Shown here: one piece after another, positions 1 to 13,589 of the stretch
Layout: each line of letters opens with the position of its first letter
Position numbering within the stretch: position 1 is the stretch's first letter
Source of the DNA: Botryllus schlosseri
Lineage: Eukaryota
NCBI GenBank assembly: GCA_051294905.1
Contig: CM119371.1
Coordinates: 32,118,001 to 32,182,000 of the forward strand
Length of the DNA stretch: 64,000 bases
Direction: 5' to 3'
The notes under the pieces: model-generated
What the model was told of the DNA's origin: nothing
Databases searched by the model: none
The model's input: only the letters and a program-made list of their open reading frames with translations
Made by a program: the position numbers and the translations under genes

Positions 1-207
1 GAATTAGTACTAGAAATAAGCACTTTACAAAAATCGCAACTAGAACTAGAGCTAGAACTACTCCCTATTCCAAAACTGCAACTATAACTTGAACTACTCA
101 CTTTCCAAAAGACACAACTAGTACTAGAACTACTTATTTTTCAAAATCTGCTAGAACTATTAGAGCAACTCATCAATTAACTATATTGTTAGTTTGTACA
201 AGTCCGC
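1..207. repeat. End of a dispersed MITE-like repeat built from TAGAAC/TAGAACTAC units (related copies near 6090-6560, 21955-22980, 32150-32290, 39970-40485)
   Basis: Arrays of ACTAGAACTA-like units ending in a shared GTTTGTACAAGTC(C/T)G terminus seen at several loci; boundaries approximate. Confidence 0.55.
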
Positions 208-2289
208 TGTAAATGCCAAACGCGCAGCGAGCTTGCGTCCGATGTAGTCATTTTCACAGTTAGCTAGCGTCGAGGTCAAGGTCGTTATAATATTTTTCTC
301 ACATCACCGCTATGTTATGCTGGCAATTTTGACATGTCGCTGGCATTTTCCACTTAATCTCCTTGGCCAAAGAATTTAATCCGATCCGTTTTGTCAACAA
401 ATTGTGTGCTTTGAGGTCGTATAGCATGCTAAATATGTCGTCATGTGAATTTCTATCACCTTGTTACACTGAAAGATCATCCATAAAACGGTTTCGATAC
501 GGAATGTTTGTTTGTACAACGTAAAAGTGTTGCCTCGGAATAAACAATGGTTAATAATAACTAGGTTGTCGTCACGAGCCTGGTCGATGCCACTGACTGA
601 CCTTTTTTCTTTTAGTAGGCTATATCGATGCCTGATCAAGACAAAATTGAATGAGAAATATCGAAGATATTCAATTGAATCATAACTTCAACAAGGACTG
701 TTGACAACAATTTTGTCCAGATTCCAGGGATTCACTGATTACACTGTTGGGTTGCCTAAAAAAACGCTGCCCGCCAAATTTGGCTCGCAGGAGTTTGAAA
801 ATTTTGCATTTAATATAAAAATTGAAAAGACATCCAAATTTCACTGTTAATCCCATGAAATTGATAAGTTGTCTAGAAGAACTATGCTCAACAATTTTTT
901 CTCACTTCCAACTGGTAGACGCAAAGTTATTGCGGTTGAAAACTTTGGATTCGCAAAAATAGCCTTGGCGCGGGTAGGCTAATCCTAGAATTATTATAAT
1001 GAAAAACTCAGATAACTTCGTTTCTACAGGTCGGAAATGCGTCAAATTTGTTTTGCATCGTTTTTGCAGACAACTCAACAATTCCATGGGTTAGCCGGTA
1101 CAATTTGTAACATAATTTTCAATTTTTTATAATAAATTCAAATTTTTTCAAACTCCAATAGCTTCACATCTACTCGTTGGAATCGAGCCGAATTTTGCGT
1201 GCAACATTTTTTCAGACAACCTAACAATTTTAGCTCGTAGCCGCAAAAATTTGACAAAAATTTTATTTTTGAACCACCCAAACGGTCATTCACATCCTAC
1301 TTAATACTGCATTTGACGACAATACTCACAGATTTCCGGCGATTCGTCGGATCTGTCCTGGCAATCATATTCGTTATCGCAAGTCCAGCCTTTGGCGATG
1401 CAATTTTGTTTGTCGCCGATCTGCTCTTTGCAAGTGAACTCGTTCGGCTTGCACGGCTCCGGATCTGAACGAAAACTTTCGGCTCGAATTCAAAGGGGAA
1501 ATGGCAGCACAAACTGCAATGAAGATTGGATAACTTTACAAAAATGCGTATTATCCTTCAACTTCTATCAGCTCAGTGAGTCAATATCAACGGGGAATGA
1601 ATTCACTCCGGCAGCATTTTCAGGAAAACCCCACGTTGGTCTAGAATTAAAATTGAGCATAAAAACATTTCAATTAGATTTGAATTGCAAAACCGGCACT
1701 TTGCACCAATTAGTCTAATTGAACAGCTAGAAATATATTATAGCTGTTGAAGTCTGCTATAAGCCAATCTCTGGTTCGCTGATTAAAGTGTGGGCGATTG
1801 ATAAAAGAAGGATGTTAATAGCTTTTAACACATCCAAGCGGTATAACCAAAACCATGGGCAGTCAGTTATTTTCAGTATGAAATTCAATCGCTAACTAGA
1901 AGGCATATTGAAGTGTCACAGTTATGCAAAGGACAGTGAGGGAATCAGCAAAATATTTATTTATTGTATCTACACAGTGATTATATTACCTACTATGTTA
2001 CCTTACCTACCCGAAACACACCTAAGTAACTTTGACAACGGGCTTTTCATAAGAAGTTCATATAATATGATGAGCCAAAACTGATTCTACTGAGAAGCTT
2101 GGAATAGTTATATTCCTACCATGATTCCAGGTATATGTCACAGCAATGACTCAGACATAACAAAACACGCGCTATCAGGAAAACAGTGCACTACAAATAT
2201 ATGTAGGCTATTACATTCATTCAAAACCGTCTCAAAACAACACAGAAGACCGAATTTTCTTGGATTTTACGTCTTTTAACATAAATATC

Positions 2290-2890
2290 ACATTCTATAA
2301 TCTCGCATAGGGATCCAAGGTAGCATTCTTGTGGCTGTGATTGACCTCTAAATACGCCACAAGACGACAGCTGTTTTTAGGTTCTATGAATAGTTATAGT
2401 CAATTTCCGTATATGAATGCTTAAATGAGGGATATTAGTTATGTCTAAAGCCGTCTGAGGCTGCTTGTGAAAACCGGGAAAGAGAATTCTTGCAGACTAG
2501 CGTCACACGCATGGAGGAATACCAGTCAAACAAGGATAAATCTCGAGTTTTGCTGGTCATATACCGCTATATATCGTGTCTATGAAGACTAAATTTAAAC
2601 ACACTATGCTAACATCGAAATAACAACTCGTAGTCAAGTATAAATTGCAACAAGTCCATTATTACTCAGCGTAAAATCCCCCGCAAAATTGTGCGTCGAG
2701 TGCTGGAATCTATGAAGAGCTATCACATAACGACATCATAGTATGTTGTAGTAATGATATGTGTTTCCAGTTTATTTCAAGGGATAGCAGTCGCTAATCT
2801 GCGATTCTAAAATGACCGATACAGAATCTATAGAAGTCTAACTGTATGTTTTTGAATAAACTAGACGGTGAGATCCAGATGTAGGCTAGC
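2290..2890 (-). mobile_element. Internal fragment of the hAT/Charlie-like MITE family at 11753-12430, opposite orientation
   Basis: Blocks such as GATTGACCTCTAAATACGCCACAA and CATAACGACATCATAGTATGTTGTAGTAATG are reverse complements of sequence inside 11753-12430. Confidence 0.6.
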
Positions 2891-2929
2891 TACCTTTACA
2901 TTTTTGTTTGGGAGAGCGTGTCATCCAAG

Positions 2930-3871
2930 TTACAGCGATGTCTTATTGATATTGAGCTCTGGATGACACAAAATCGTCTATAGTTAAACAAAGAGAAAAC
3001 TGAACTGATCATTTTTACGCCAACCAGACGCCCGATCGACCACAATCAATTCACCATCAGATTCGGACCAGACACCATCCAAGCCAAGACCTGCGTACGT
3101 AACCTAGGTATTCACTTTGACGGCATGCTCTCAATGGAAAAACACATCGACTATACATCAAAGATCTGTTTCATGTATATCCACAAGATCAGTCGAATCA
3201 GGAACTACCTATCTGAGGATGCATGCAAAGCCATAATACTGTCGCTGGTGATATCACGGCTTGACTATGGAAATGCTCTGCTTTACGGGGTAAACCAAAA
3301 TTGCATCGACAAGCTACAAAAGATCCAAAACATCGCTGCTCGTTTGGTAACTCGGTCAAGGAAGCGTGATCACGTAACACCGATTCTTTGATCCCTTCAT
3401 TGGTTACCCGTGAAATTTAGGTCTGAATACAAGCTTCTTCTGTACGCCTTCAAATGCATGGAGGGAAGTGCACCAGCGTATATTCGTGAGCTAGTGTCAA
3501 TGTATAATCCCGGAAGAGCGCTACGTTCTCAGTCGCAAAAGCTCTTGTACGTTCCAAGAGTCAGAACATCGACCTACGGCGAGAGAACCTTTTCTTCCTA
3601 GGCCGCCATTCAGTGGAACAATCTTCCAATTTCTATCAGACTATGTGACTCGCTATATGTTTTCAAACGCAAAATCAAGACCGTTTTATTCACACGTGCG
3701 TTCGAACTAGAGTAGTGTTCATTCCGCCCTACAACTATGCACTTCGTCTTTTATACATATCGTTTACTTTAATATTTTATTGCCATTTATGTACAGCGCC
3801 CTAGTGTAGTAATGATATATTGTTATATTCGGCGCTCTATAAATTATTATATTATTATTATTATTATTATA
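2930..3871 (+). mobile_element. 5'-truncated L2/CR1-group LINE (RT C-terminus and 3' UTR), decayed
   Basis: Translates to WMTQNRL*LNKEKTELI...VRNLGIHFD...LVISRLDYGNALLYG...LQKIQNIAARLV...HVTPIL*SLHWLPVKFR...YGERTFS...WNNLP, typical L2-clade ORF2 C-terminal motifs with stops; ends in an (ATT)n tail at 3843-3871. Confidence 0.9.
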
Positions 3872-6677
3872 ATTAGCCTACTCGACTGTTTCATGCAGCT
3901 CCATACGTACTCTGAGGTTTGAAATTACTAGCTTGCATGAAAATCAGCTTTGAAACCAGCAAAACATGCGACCCAGATTGCCGGGTACGTGACTTTTCTA
4001 ACGACAAATTGCAGGATTTCACCAACTGATGCTAGGTTAGCAGTTATTCATTATTATATCCTAATTATTCTACGGCCGCATGTGGAACTAGATGAGCATA
4101 TTATTGGTTTAAAGAAGATAACCACACCGTCAATCAGCCACAAGTAGAATGACTCAATGATTGGCTGATTTTCAAAGTTTTTCCAGAAAAATTCACTAAC
4201 AAAGGTATGAAATGACTACTCAGCCTCACGCCACTGATTACAGAGCAGATCATAAGCTACTGACATACATGGCCTTGAACTGCGAATGTTAATTAGGAAA
4301 TTATCCTGTATTGTTAAATCTATAAACGGTCATCATTATGATAGCAGTAACTGCATTTAAAGTTTAATTTAAATTGGTAGGCCTATATTTTGTGACGTCA
4401 TCAAGTAATGCAGATTTCCTCAAACTAACCTAGGGAACAGCTAACTGCCCAGTAGGGCTGTTCAAAAGTAACTATACCCCATGAAATCGCTGGGATATCT
4501 GGAAAAACGATACACAACAAATTTGACTCAATTCCAGCCCGTAGAAGCTAAAGTTATGGATGCATAAAATTTTGGAATTCAAATCATAGTATTTACGGTG
4601 GGTAGATCGTAGATCTATCATAAATAAAAGAAGAATTTGCCACCGTATATTTTCCAAATCCAAAATTTTGAGCTACAATAACTTCTACTGGTTGGAATTC
4701 AGCCAAATTTGACGTCCTATAATTATCTGGCTGGCCAAGTCTTGTTAAAGGTTCGTGACCAAGGAACTTAACAATATCTCTCAAATCCTTTTGAGCCTTT
4801 GGAGAGACATTCTCCCATCGTATGTTAATCACAGGCTTAAAGGGGCTTGTGGAAGTGCATTAAACTTTAGGAAATGATTATGAAATTAATCCTCCTATAC
4901 AGTAAAGTAATCCATACTGATAAAAGTAATCACTATTGATAAACTAATCCCGCATTCTGGGATTATTATGTAGACTATTTTATCAGACCACCTAGCTTGA
5001 AGGTTAATTAGCATACATTTGTGCACATAGATACAGCGCAATTACAGAGATTGATGGGGTGTTGGAGAGTGGATTTCCGTGTTCCATTATTCAATATTAC
5101 AGGAGAAATAAACAAATTTGGTATCCCACTCACTCTGAACCGCAAACTCTGTTTTCATAAGTGCTGACCTACAAAAGTAGACTTTTAGCTGCAAAACATT
5201 ATCAAAGGCATATTTGTCTTGGATTTACAAGGTTTTCTTGATAACAAGAGTCAGTTCCACCAAAAGGTGGGTTAAATCCCAATACTAACTACTCAATAAT
5301 AATCTGGGTACAGATAAATAGCCTATGTCTGAATGGAAAATTTCTGAAAACCTCAACAGTGGATCGCTAACCAATAAATGGCAGTGAATTTGGTTAGTGC
5401 ATCGATTTTAAGGGCTGAAATTACAAAGCTAAAACTGCAAACTTTCAACTCAAAAATGGTAAATCGCATTGACAATAGCATAGTTGATCAGCAAATATAT
5501 TTCATAAATCGTCAAATTTTCTAAAACAAATCATGAAGCAGGTATATTATATGAGGGAATAGTCAATTTCACCATTTTTGTTTTAGCCTACAATCCCCAC
5601 AAATATTACCAATTACATAGTATCGATATTGAAATAAATCCGAATATTTTCACCTGTGACTGGTTGCTGACGATTACCCCTGATAAGTGTCAGCCGAAAA
5701 TATTTGGGTTCATTTCAATTTCAATATGAATATACTACTCAATTGCATATTGAAGTTCTGTACCTCCAAGAAGCTCTTCAAATATTAGCTAGGACTTCGC
5801 ATGATTCTAACTAAAAATATCGCGTTCCATTATATAGTCATGTTCCATGTTATTGTGCTGGAGCTAGACATTGCCCACATACAGAGAATCTGTCTTATAC
5901 AGAGGAATACATTTTTCATATTTCCCAGTACTAGCACAAAAATAGCAATATTTCAAGTGGATATAAACTATGCATTTTTCATGTAGGCCTCTAACTACAA
6001 AATCATTGATGCTACTAAAAAGGCAGATACGATTAGTTTGGTCATCTCATTAATGAAACAGTATTATTTAGCACAGTAGGCCTATAAAGTTAAGACTTGG
6101 ACAGCTAGATAAATAGACCAATTAGCGCGAAATGCAGTTAGTTTAATTTTAATCTAATACTAATGCTAATTCTAATTTTGATCTAATTTTGAAATCACGG
6201 TGTAGCTCTGCTTCTAATTCTACTCTAATTAGGGAAAAATTGGTAGCTGTAATTCTAATTCTTTTAAAAAAATGTGTAGCAGCAATTATAATTTTAGCCT
6301 AATTCAGAAATCACCGTGTAGCTATAATTCTAATTCTACTCTAATTCAGAAATAACTCTATAGCTGTTATTCTGATTCTAATCTAATTTGGAAAAAATGT
6401 GTAGCCTAGCTATATATAACAATAATTTTTTTTCTCATTTGGAAATCACTGTGCCACTATGATTCTAATTCTAATCTAATTTGGAAGAAACTTTGTAGCT
6501 GTGATTCTACTTATAATCTAATTTGGAAACTTACAAATTTTGAAATTGTCCAAGTCTGTGTGACGTATATTTACAAGATATATCACAATATATTGTGTTA
6601 TTACGAATGAAAGTTACATCTTTTTGCAGAGATTCCTAGCCAGAAAAAGGGGGCCAGGCAACAAATAGATTTCTCAC

Positions 6678-9600
6678 CGCAATTAATTTCGTCGCTGCCA
6701 TCTATGCAGTCCCAATCGCCGTCGCACCGCCATTTCAAGGAAATGCATTTCTTTGACCCTCCCACGCAAGTAAACTGCTGTGATGTGCATGTCAAATCTA
6801 AACGAAAAAAATCAGCGGTCTTGCAAGTGTTGTGAACCAAAAAACATGAATATTGTGTATACGAGTATTTTAAATCAGATTTAGAAAACTAGATAATTCT
6901 AGTTGACATGCTAGATAATTCTAATTAGAGCTGAATGCTGGCAATCTTATTCTAATCTAATTAGTGAAATGTTTCTATGCTTTAATTATAATTCGAATCT
7001 TATGTTTGGCTTCCCTGATAATGTTATAGGAGAATTGTATAGTGCGAAACAAGCAAAAATTGTTGTGTACATACATTTAGAATGAACCCACAATCAATAT
7101 GAACTGAGCTTTGTTTTTGTTCCAGGATTTCTTTTGTAAACCCAGTAATTCCAATTTTAATCAAATTTGGAAAAAATCGTGTAGCTATTATTTTTATATA
7201 ATTTGTAATCGACGAAATCGCTCGAAATTAATTGGAAGTTGAAAGAACTTGGTATACCGTATCGACAAAAGTATACCAAAATCCTTTTGAATTTGGTACT
7301 AGTTGCTGACGATTACCATTGACGAGTGTCAGCCGAAAATATTCAGGTTTATTTCTATATGAATACATTATCCAATTGTATAATGAAGCTCTGTACCTCC
7401 AAAAAGTTCTCCTAACTCATACTATATTTACCAATATTCAAATCGACGTTAAGATAGGTTGGCTTTAAGACTTAATCTGGATTTAGTCTATTGCATTCCA
7501 TGAGTCATTCTCTGTGTTTTCCCCACATTCATTACTTTTCAAGTGCGTCCTATCTTGATTTGATGACCGTTCAAAACTTTTAATCATATACTCCTGCAGA
7601 CCACAGATATACAAATATGCCCTCAATTTTGATTTGTGCAATGTTAAAATGACATGATCAAGACCACATTCCTTACAAACCATAACAAGACGCTCCCCAC
7701 TTTACCCTAATAAAACAAAGCACAAAAGTTTACGCATTCATCACACTTGTCGAGCGTGACCCGTGGATAGGGTGAATCTACCATCACTGACAAGTTACGT
7801 GTCATTTAGGTTCAAGACCTTGTTACTTAAATCTCAAGAATAGAGAAATTGGAGCAGTAAAACATGCTTGCAGAACGGGAAAATTCCATTGTAAACACTT
7901 GGATAATATAATCGAACTTGTACAATAGGGCTGTTCAAAATAAACATTTTCTTCAGATTTCACTTGGCTATGTGATAAAATTGATTGGTTGGTTAAAACA
8001 ACGATGCACACCAACTTTGGCTTAATTCCTACCAGTAGAAGCGAGATTCTTGCAGCAGAAAGTTTTGAATTTATCATTAAAAAATTCAATTTCAAAATTT
8101 TTCTGTCAACCCCATAAAATTGTTAGGCTGTCAGTAGAGATGATGCATACCAAATTTGGCTCATTTCCAACCACTAGAAGCGAATTTATTGCAGTAGAAA
8201 AATTTCTAACTCCATGATGTTATAATAAATAATCAAAGATTTAGCCACCGTAAATACTACTTTATTCAAATACAAATTCTTCTACTGCAATAACCGATTG
8301 AATAGTATATTCATATTGAAATGAATCGGAATATTTTCGGCTGACACTCGTCAGGGGTAATCGTCAGCAACTAGTAGAGAATTGGAAAAGAACATTGTAT
8401 ATCAACAATCGTATCACAAAATTTGACTTCACGTTATTCAAAATTTCATGCTGGTGATGTCATATTATGAGATATGTTCGTTGATAGAGGATGTTCTTTC
8501 CAATTCTCTACTAGTTGCTGACGATTAACCCTGACGGGTGTCAGCCGAAAATATTCCGGTTCATTTTAATATGAATATACTATTCAATCAGTTAATAGTT
8601 AGTTGTGTTTTCGTTAGTTAGTTGCCAATTTTTAAAGGTCGTTAGTTCTGGTTACGAGTTTGAAAAGTTGGTAGTTCTAGTTGCGCATTATGAAAATCCA
8701 GTAGTTTGTGCAAGACTGAATATAATAAATCAATCAGTAAATTATAGCAATATTTCCAAGTATCAAGTCTTTAAACAATGGTCTGCTATTAATTCTCGAC
8801 ATCAACACATTCGTGATATAATGAATTGGGATTAAGTAGGCCGATACAACGCTACAGGCTATTCACGAATAGAATACCCAACTGTTCGACAGCGATATGG
8901 AACACTTGAAAATATTCTTCTGATATTTCCGCATCATGAGAATACAACCACAAGTCCGCGATGGGCCGTTAAGTAATCTGTCATCTTAGTTGTTGAACTT
9001 GCGGTGCGGTATTTCAACTGATTACAATATTTTAGTGAAAACGCAGACAGTGAGTCACCCGTTTCGAGTTGAAACCAAACACCTCGTACACAACATGTAC
9101 TCACAAAATTTTGGAATTCTAGGAAAAAGTAGCTTTGCCTCATAAATAACTTCTTAATAATGAATTTTCACCTAATATTTGGTGATACGGTTGTTGATAT
9201 ACAATGTTCTTTATAATACTCCACTAGTTGTTGACCATCACCCCTGACGAGTGTCAGAGGAAAACATTTGTGTTCATTTCAGTATGAATATAATATTCAA
9301 TGAAATACCTTCTGTATTTTGTCATGGCCGAGTATTTTGGCCTTTATTGGTTACTCAAGGAGATCGCTTATACTTCCATATTTTTAGATCATTACTACCG
9401 TACATTTCTGGTGTGAGAGAAATTTAGTCGAGTGGAAATTAACTCACAAACTGTGCGCTATTTTTACGATTAATCGATCAATCAATCAATCAAGTATATT
9501 TCGTTATTATAATTGGCAATTGGTCTGAATAAGGATCAGAGAAATGGGAAACGATTTTAAAAGGGTCTGCTGTGAAGGCTATATAAAATCCTTGAATCAC

Positions 9601-11275
9601 CTGTATCATGTGAGCAATTGAAAAATAAGCTACAGATGATAAACCTAATGATAATTTATAGTGATCATTAGCCCGATTATTTTTTGACGTTGCAAAAAAG
9701 GTCAAAATTTTTAGGTTGTTAGGAGTAGGGCTGGGCAAAATCGAGTACCTGGGTGATTCGATTCTGAATCATGTAAAATGCTTCGAGTCGACAGTCGAGT
9801 ATTCGAGTATCACTCATTATGACGTCACAACCTAGTGTACTGTGTCAAAGTTCAAATATGAACCATTTATACCACCACGAAGAACATAATGCGTCTTATC
9901 CGTCACATTCAAGATACTTTGGTATTTTTTCGACCATAGGCTAACGATTTCATTGCACTTCTTGACAATGTTGTGGGATGATCATGACTTCGGAAATGTG
10001 TTATTTCCAGTAACGTTCCTAGCTTTGTACTATGTCTCATATGCTGTGATACGGCCAATCAAGATTTCAAGGCTTCCTCATTGGAAAATAGTATCAAAAC
10101 TATAACTCTCGGTCTCGTTAGTAAATTAACTTTCAGTTGCGAGGAGCGTATAATTTTAGTACTCGAATAAATCGTCTTTTACTACTCGACTCGAATCATT
10201 AAAATCCATACTCGATTCAGATTCGAGTACTCGAATCATTGTGCCCAGCCCTAGTTAGGAGCACTCCAGCAGTCTACACTGAAATTCAATTCTGTCAGCA
10301 AACAATTGCTGCTGTCGAACGTTTTTTTTTTCTCTATTCGTGCCGAGCAACTTAGTAAGGACACACAGTTTCAACCAGAAATGTAGGCTACTTCAATTCT
10401 AACGTTATGCGCAGCAATGCCTAATTTAAATACTTGAGCACAAAATTTTGTCGAAATTTGTTTTACGGACAAAATATGTCAAAATTTTGATTTTTTAGAG
10501 CAAAATCGTCTGTTTTTCAGGTAAAAAAATAATCGCCAAAGTGAACAATAAATCTTAACGTTACCGAGAGCCGCGAGAGGCAAGATCACATTTAATGCAT
10601 CAATCAAAGTGTAGAGAATTGCCCAGTAACAACAACTTTGACCTTGCAAGTTGAGCTGTATACAAATGAATGAAATCCACATAAATGTGAATTGAGAGTG
10701 ATAAACATTCGAACCATTATTGACTGAATAAATAGGTAAATGCCAAGTATCATTTACGACAAGAACAAAAATATCACAAGCGAAATTGCAGCCGTAAAAT
10801 GCAACACTTTGTTTGCTGCGCCAATAATAATGTTGGATATTAAACATACCATTAATAACATTGATAAAATACTAATCTGACCAATAACGTTAAATCGAAA
10901 ACCAACTGTCATTCCAAATTCCGTGCCGGTGACTGCATATTTGGTGATAAGATTGTTGATACACATTACAATGTTCTTTCCAATTCTCTACTAGTCACTG
11001 ACGATTACCCCTGACGAGTGTCAGCCGAAAGTATTGGGGCTTCGTTCAATATGAATATATAATGCAAATAACAGATGCCATAATATAGGTTATGCATTAT
11101 TGAATACTTTTACAATGACAGTCTACACCAATTCAGCGTCATAAAAAAGTCAATGCTACTTACCAGTAGGAGGTATCGCCCATATTCCATCATAAACGAG
11201 CAAAGTAAGTAATATTGATAAAACACTCATCTTTGTGTTAAATCCAATATAGCGATTATCCATAAAATCTCCCAT
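6678..11275 (-). CDS. LDLa-repeat protein, paralogue B (partial; further exons not found in window)
   Basis: Exon 11164-11275 ([40 protein letters not shown], signal-peptide-like, phase-1 GTAAGT donor) and exon 6678-6797 (TTTAG acceptor, [45 protein letters not shown] donor, phase 1-1). Confidence 0.8.
8325..8368 (-). ncRNA. Minimal type I hammerhead-ribozyme-like motif (best-conserved core) in a dispersed repeat of about 150 bp; other copies 5666-5709, 7305-7348, 8517-8560, 9230-9273, 10997-11040, 27522-27565, 35785-35816(-), 36158-36200
   Basis: Consensus GCUGAC-GAUU-ACCC-CUGACGA-G-UGUCAGC-C-GAAA-AUAU-UC-GGGU: CUGANGA and GAAA cores, UC cleavage site, ACCC/GGGU stem I, palindromic AAUAUU stem III. 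Each individual copy carries some mutation. Confidence 0.6.
9726..10253. mobile_element. hAT-type MITE (TAGGGCTGGGCA family)
   Basis: TIR TAGGGCTGGGCA...TGCCCAGCCCTA; 8-bp TSD GTTAGGAG. Confidence 0.9.
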
Positions 11276-12600
11276 TTATATCAAAAATGGGACTTGACTC
11301 CTTGAAGTCATAAAACGGCTCCGAGAAGGAATTTGATCGACAGGTTATTGGTAAACAACAGTGTAATCCAAGTGATCAAGCAAGCAATAGGAAGTTATTC
11401 CATTTCCAGTGACGTATCAATCATTGGCTGCATTCTAGTTAAAACAATGAGTTTGAAAATATAAGCTGGAATTCAATACAGAATTAACAACGCCTGTTAC
11501 TGCAACACAATTCCATGCAATGTCAATAACATTTCATAGCGAAGACATACGAGCTTGTAAGATGCAAAAACATTTCCAGCCTGGTTTTTACATACTCCAG
11601 TTGTAACACACAGAAACAAGAAACTGACATCCTCTGGTCATATTTATTCTAAAATGCAACATCTGAAGCATTAGCATTTTAGCAAGGCCATGTAGATTAG
11701 CAAAATCCTTCCTATTATTTCCTGCTACAAACATTGACATCAGCAGCTAGAACAGTGGTTCCCAGCCTTTTTGGATGTCGGAGCCGCATGAAAACACTCG
11801 AGTACGCTACTTATAACGAAAATCTAAATGCAACTAGCCTACTTTTGGATCTCACCATCCAGCTAATTCAAAAGCATGCACATAGACTTCCATAGATTCC
11901 ATATCGGTTATTTTAACATCGATAGACGCAGATCGGCGAGCGCTATCCATTGAAAGAAACTGGAAATGCATAACATTACTACAACATACTATTATGTCGT
12001 TATGTGATAGCTCTTCAATCTTCATACATTCCAGAACTCAATACACATGTTTGGGGGCAAGTGATACTGGACTCATCGCAATTTATATACTTAACTAGGA
12101 GCCGTTATTTTCATGTCAGTAAAATTGTGTTGAAATTTACTCTTCACACAAACGATATATAAAGGTCTATGACCAGCAGAACTCAAGATATATCCTTGTT
12201 TTGATACATGCATTTGACGCTAGTCTGTAAGAATTCTCTTGCCCGGTTTTTAAATGCGGGCTAGGGCGGCTTTAGACATTACTAATATCCACTATTTTAG
12301 CATCCATATACAGAAATTGACAGCGATTATTCATAGAAACAACAACTGTGGTCTATTATATTTTTGCGGCATATTTAGAGGTCAATCAGAGCCTGCCTTG
12401 GCTCTTGAGAGCCGCGGTTGGGAATCAATGACCTAGAAATATACAACATTGATGTATTTTCAAACCAGTAAAACTAAAATTAGTTTATAGTTAAATGCTT
12501 TCCACCTGCGGCGTCTCTGCCAATTACTATAGGGTTTGGCAAAATCAAGTACCTGAATATTCGATTTTGAATGTATTAAGCTTAAAGTTGAGTATTCTAG
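10558..12600 (+). repeat. Local segmental duplication (promoter/exon 1/intron 1 of the LDLa genes), paralogous to about 25825-28420
   Basis: Colinear diverged blocks, e.g. GAGAGGCAAGATCACATTTAATGCATCAATCAAAGTG and GGAATTTGATCGACAGGTTATTGGTAAACAACAGTG, with different insertions in each copy. Confidence 0.85.
11753..12430. mobile_element. hAT/Charlie-like MITE
   Basis: CAGTGGTTCCCAGCC...GGTTGGGAATCAATG termini; TSD AGCTAGAA/ACCTAGAA (7/8); absent from the paralogous site near 28260. Confidence 0.8.
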
Positions 12601-13589
12601 TATTATTCACTTCTACGTCGTAACTAGGGCGATTTTTTAACCAAAAAAAAACGTGGATTTTGACCTAAAAAATTAAAATTTTGACATTTTTGACTACAAT
12701 AAACTTAATATTGACCAGATTTTGACCTTATGTAATGTAAATTATGTGTTGACCCACAAAATGTTAGAGTTGGACTACTTATCTTCATTTTTAGTTGGAA
12801 CTGTCTGTCCTTACGAAGTAGTTTGGCCTGGAAAAACTTATCTGACTAAAAAACTAACAAATTTTGACACAGAACAAACTTTATTTCAACAAAATCTGGA
12901 CTTATGAAGAATTCCACAGTATAGTTACATCAAGCATTATGATAGAAATAATGAACACTTGTTGTAGTACAACGAAAGATACTCTCCAACATTCTCGGGT
13001 AGAAAGTGTCTGTCCTTACTAAAATATAGCTTGCCAAGAATGAAGACACAACGTTTAACAGCAGCAGTTGTCGGCTGGGAACACTGAAGTTGAAGATTAG
13101 AAGAAAGAAGTCAATGTAATCAAACAATCAAGTTCCCACTTTCACATACAAATGTAGTGAAAAATTGAAGAAGTTATAAATGATGAGGCATGCAATTGCA
13201 CACTCATTGAGAAACAACCTACGTAAAGAGTTATCAATAGATATGCAGGTGACAAAAGAGGCATGCTACAGTACTGGGAACAATCAGAGTGTCAAAATCT
13301 GTCTGGCAATCTCAATATTGATGCTATTTGTACAGTAGGAACTGCTAGATTAGACTTGAAGTTTAAAAACACGTCGCACTTCCACGTCGTCCAACTACCA
13401 TATAGTAGACAAAAAAATCACTCTTTTAAATATGCCAGACCCGATTAGTGGAACATTATCTCGCCGTCTATCCGACAATCATCGAGCATGTCCACATTTC
13501 AAGTCGAAACACACGCAATTTCTACTGAATAAATACTAGTTAATCCTCTAGTTTACCGGACCACGGCCTGGTCTGCCTGGTCATTTATT

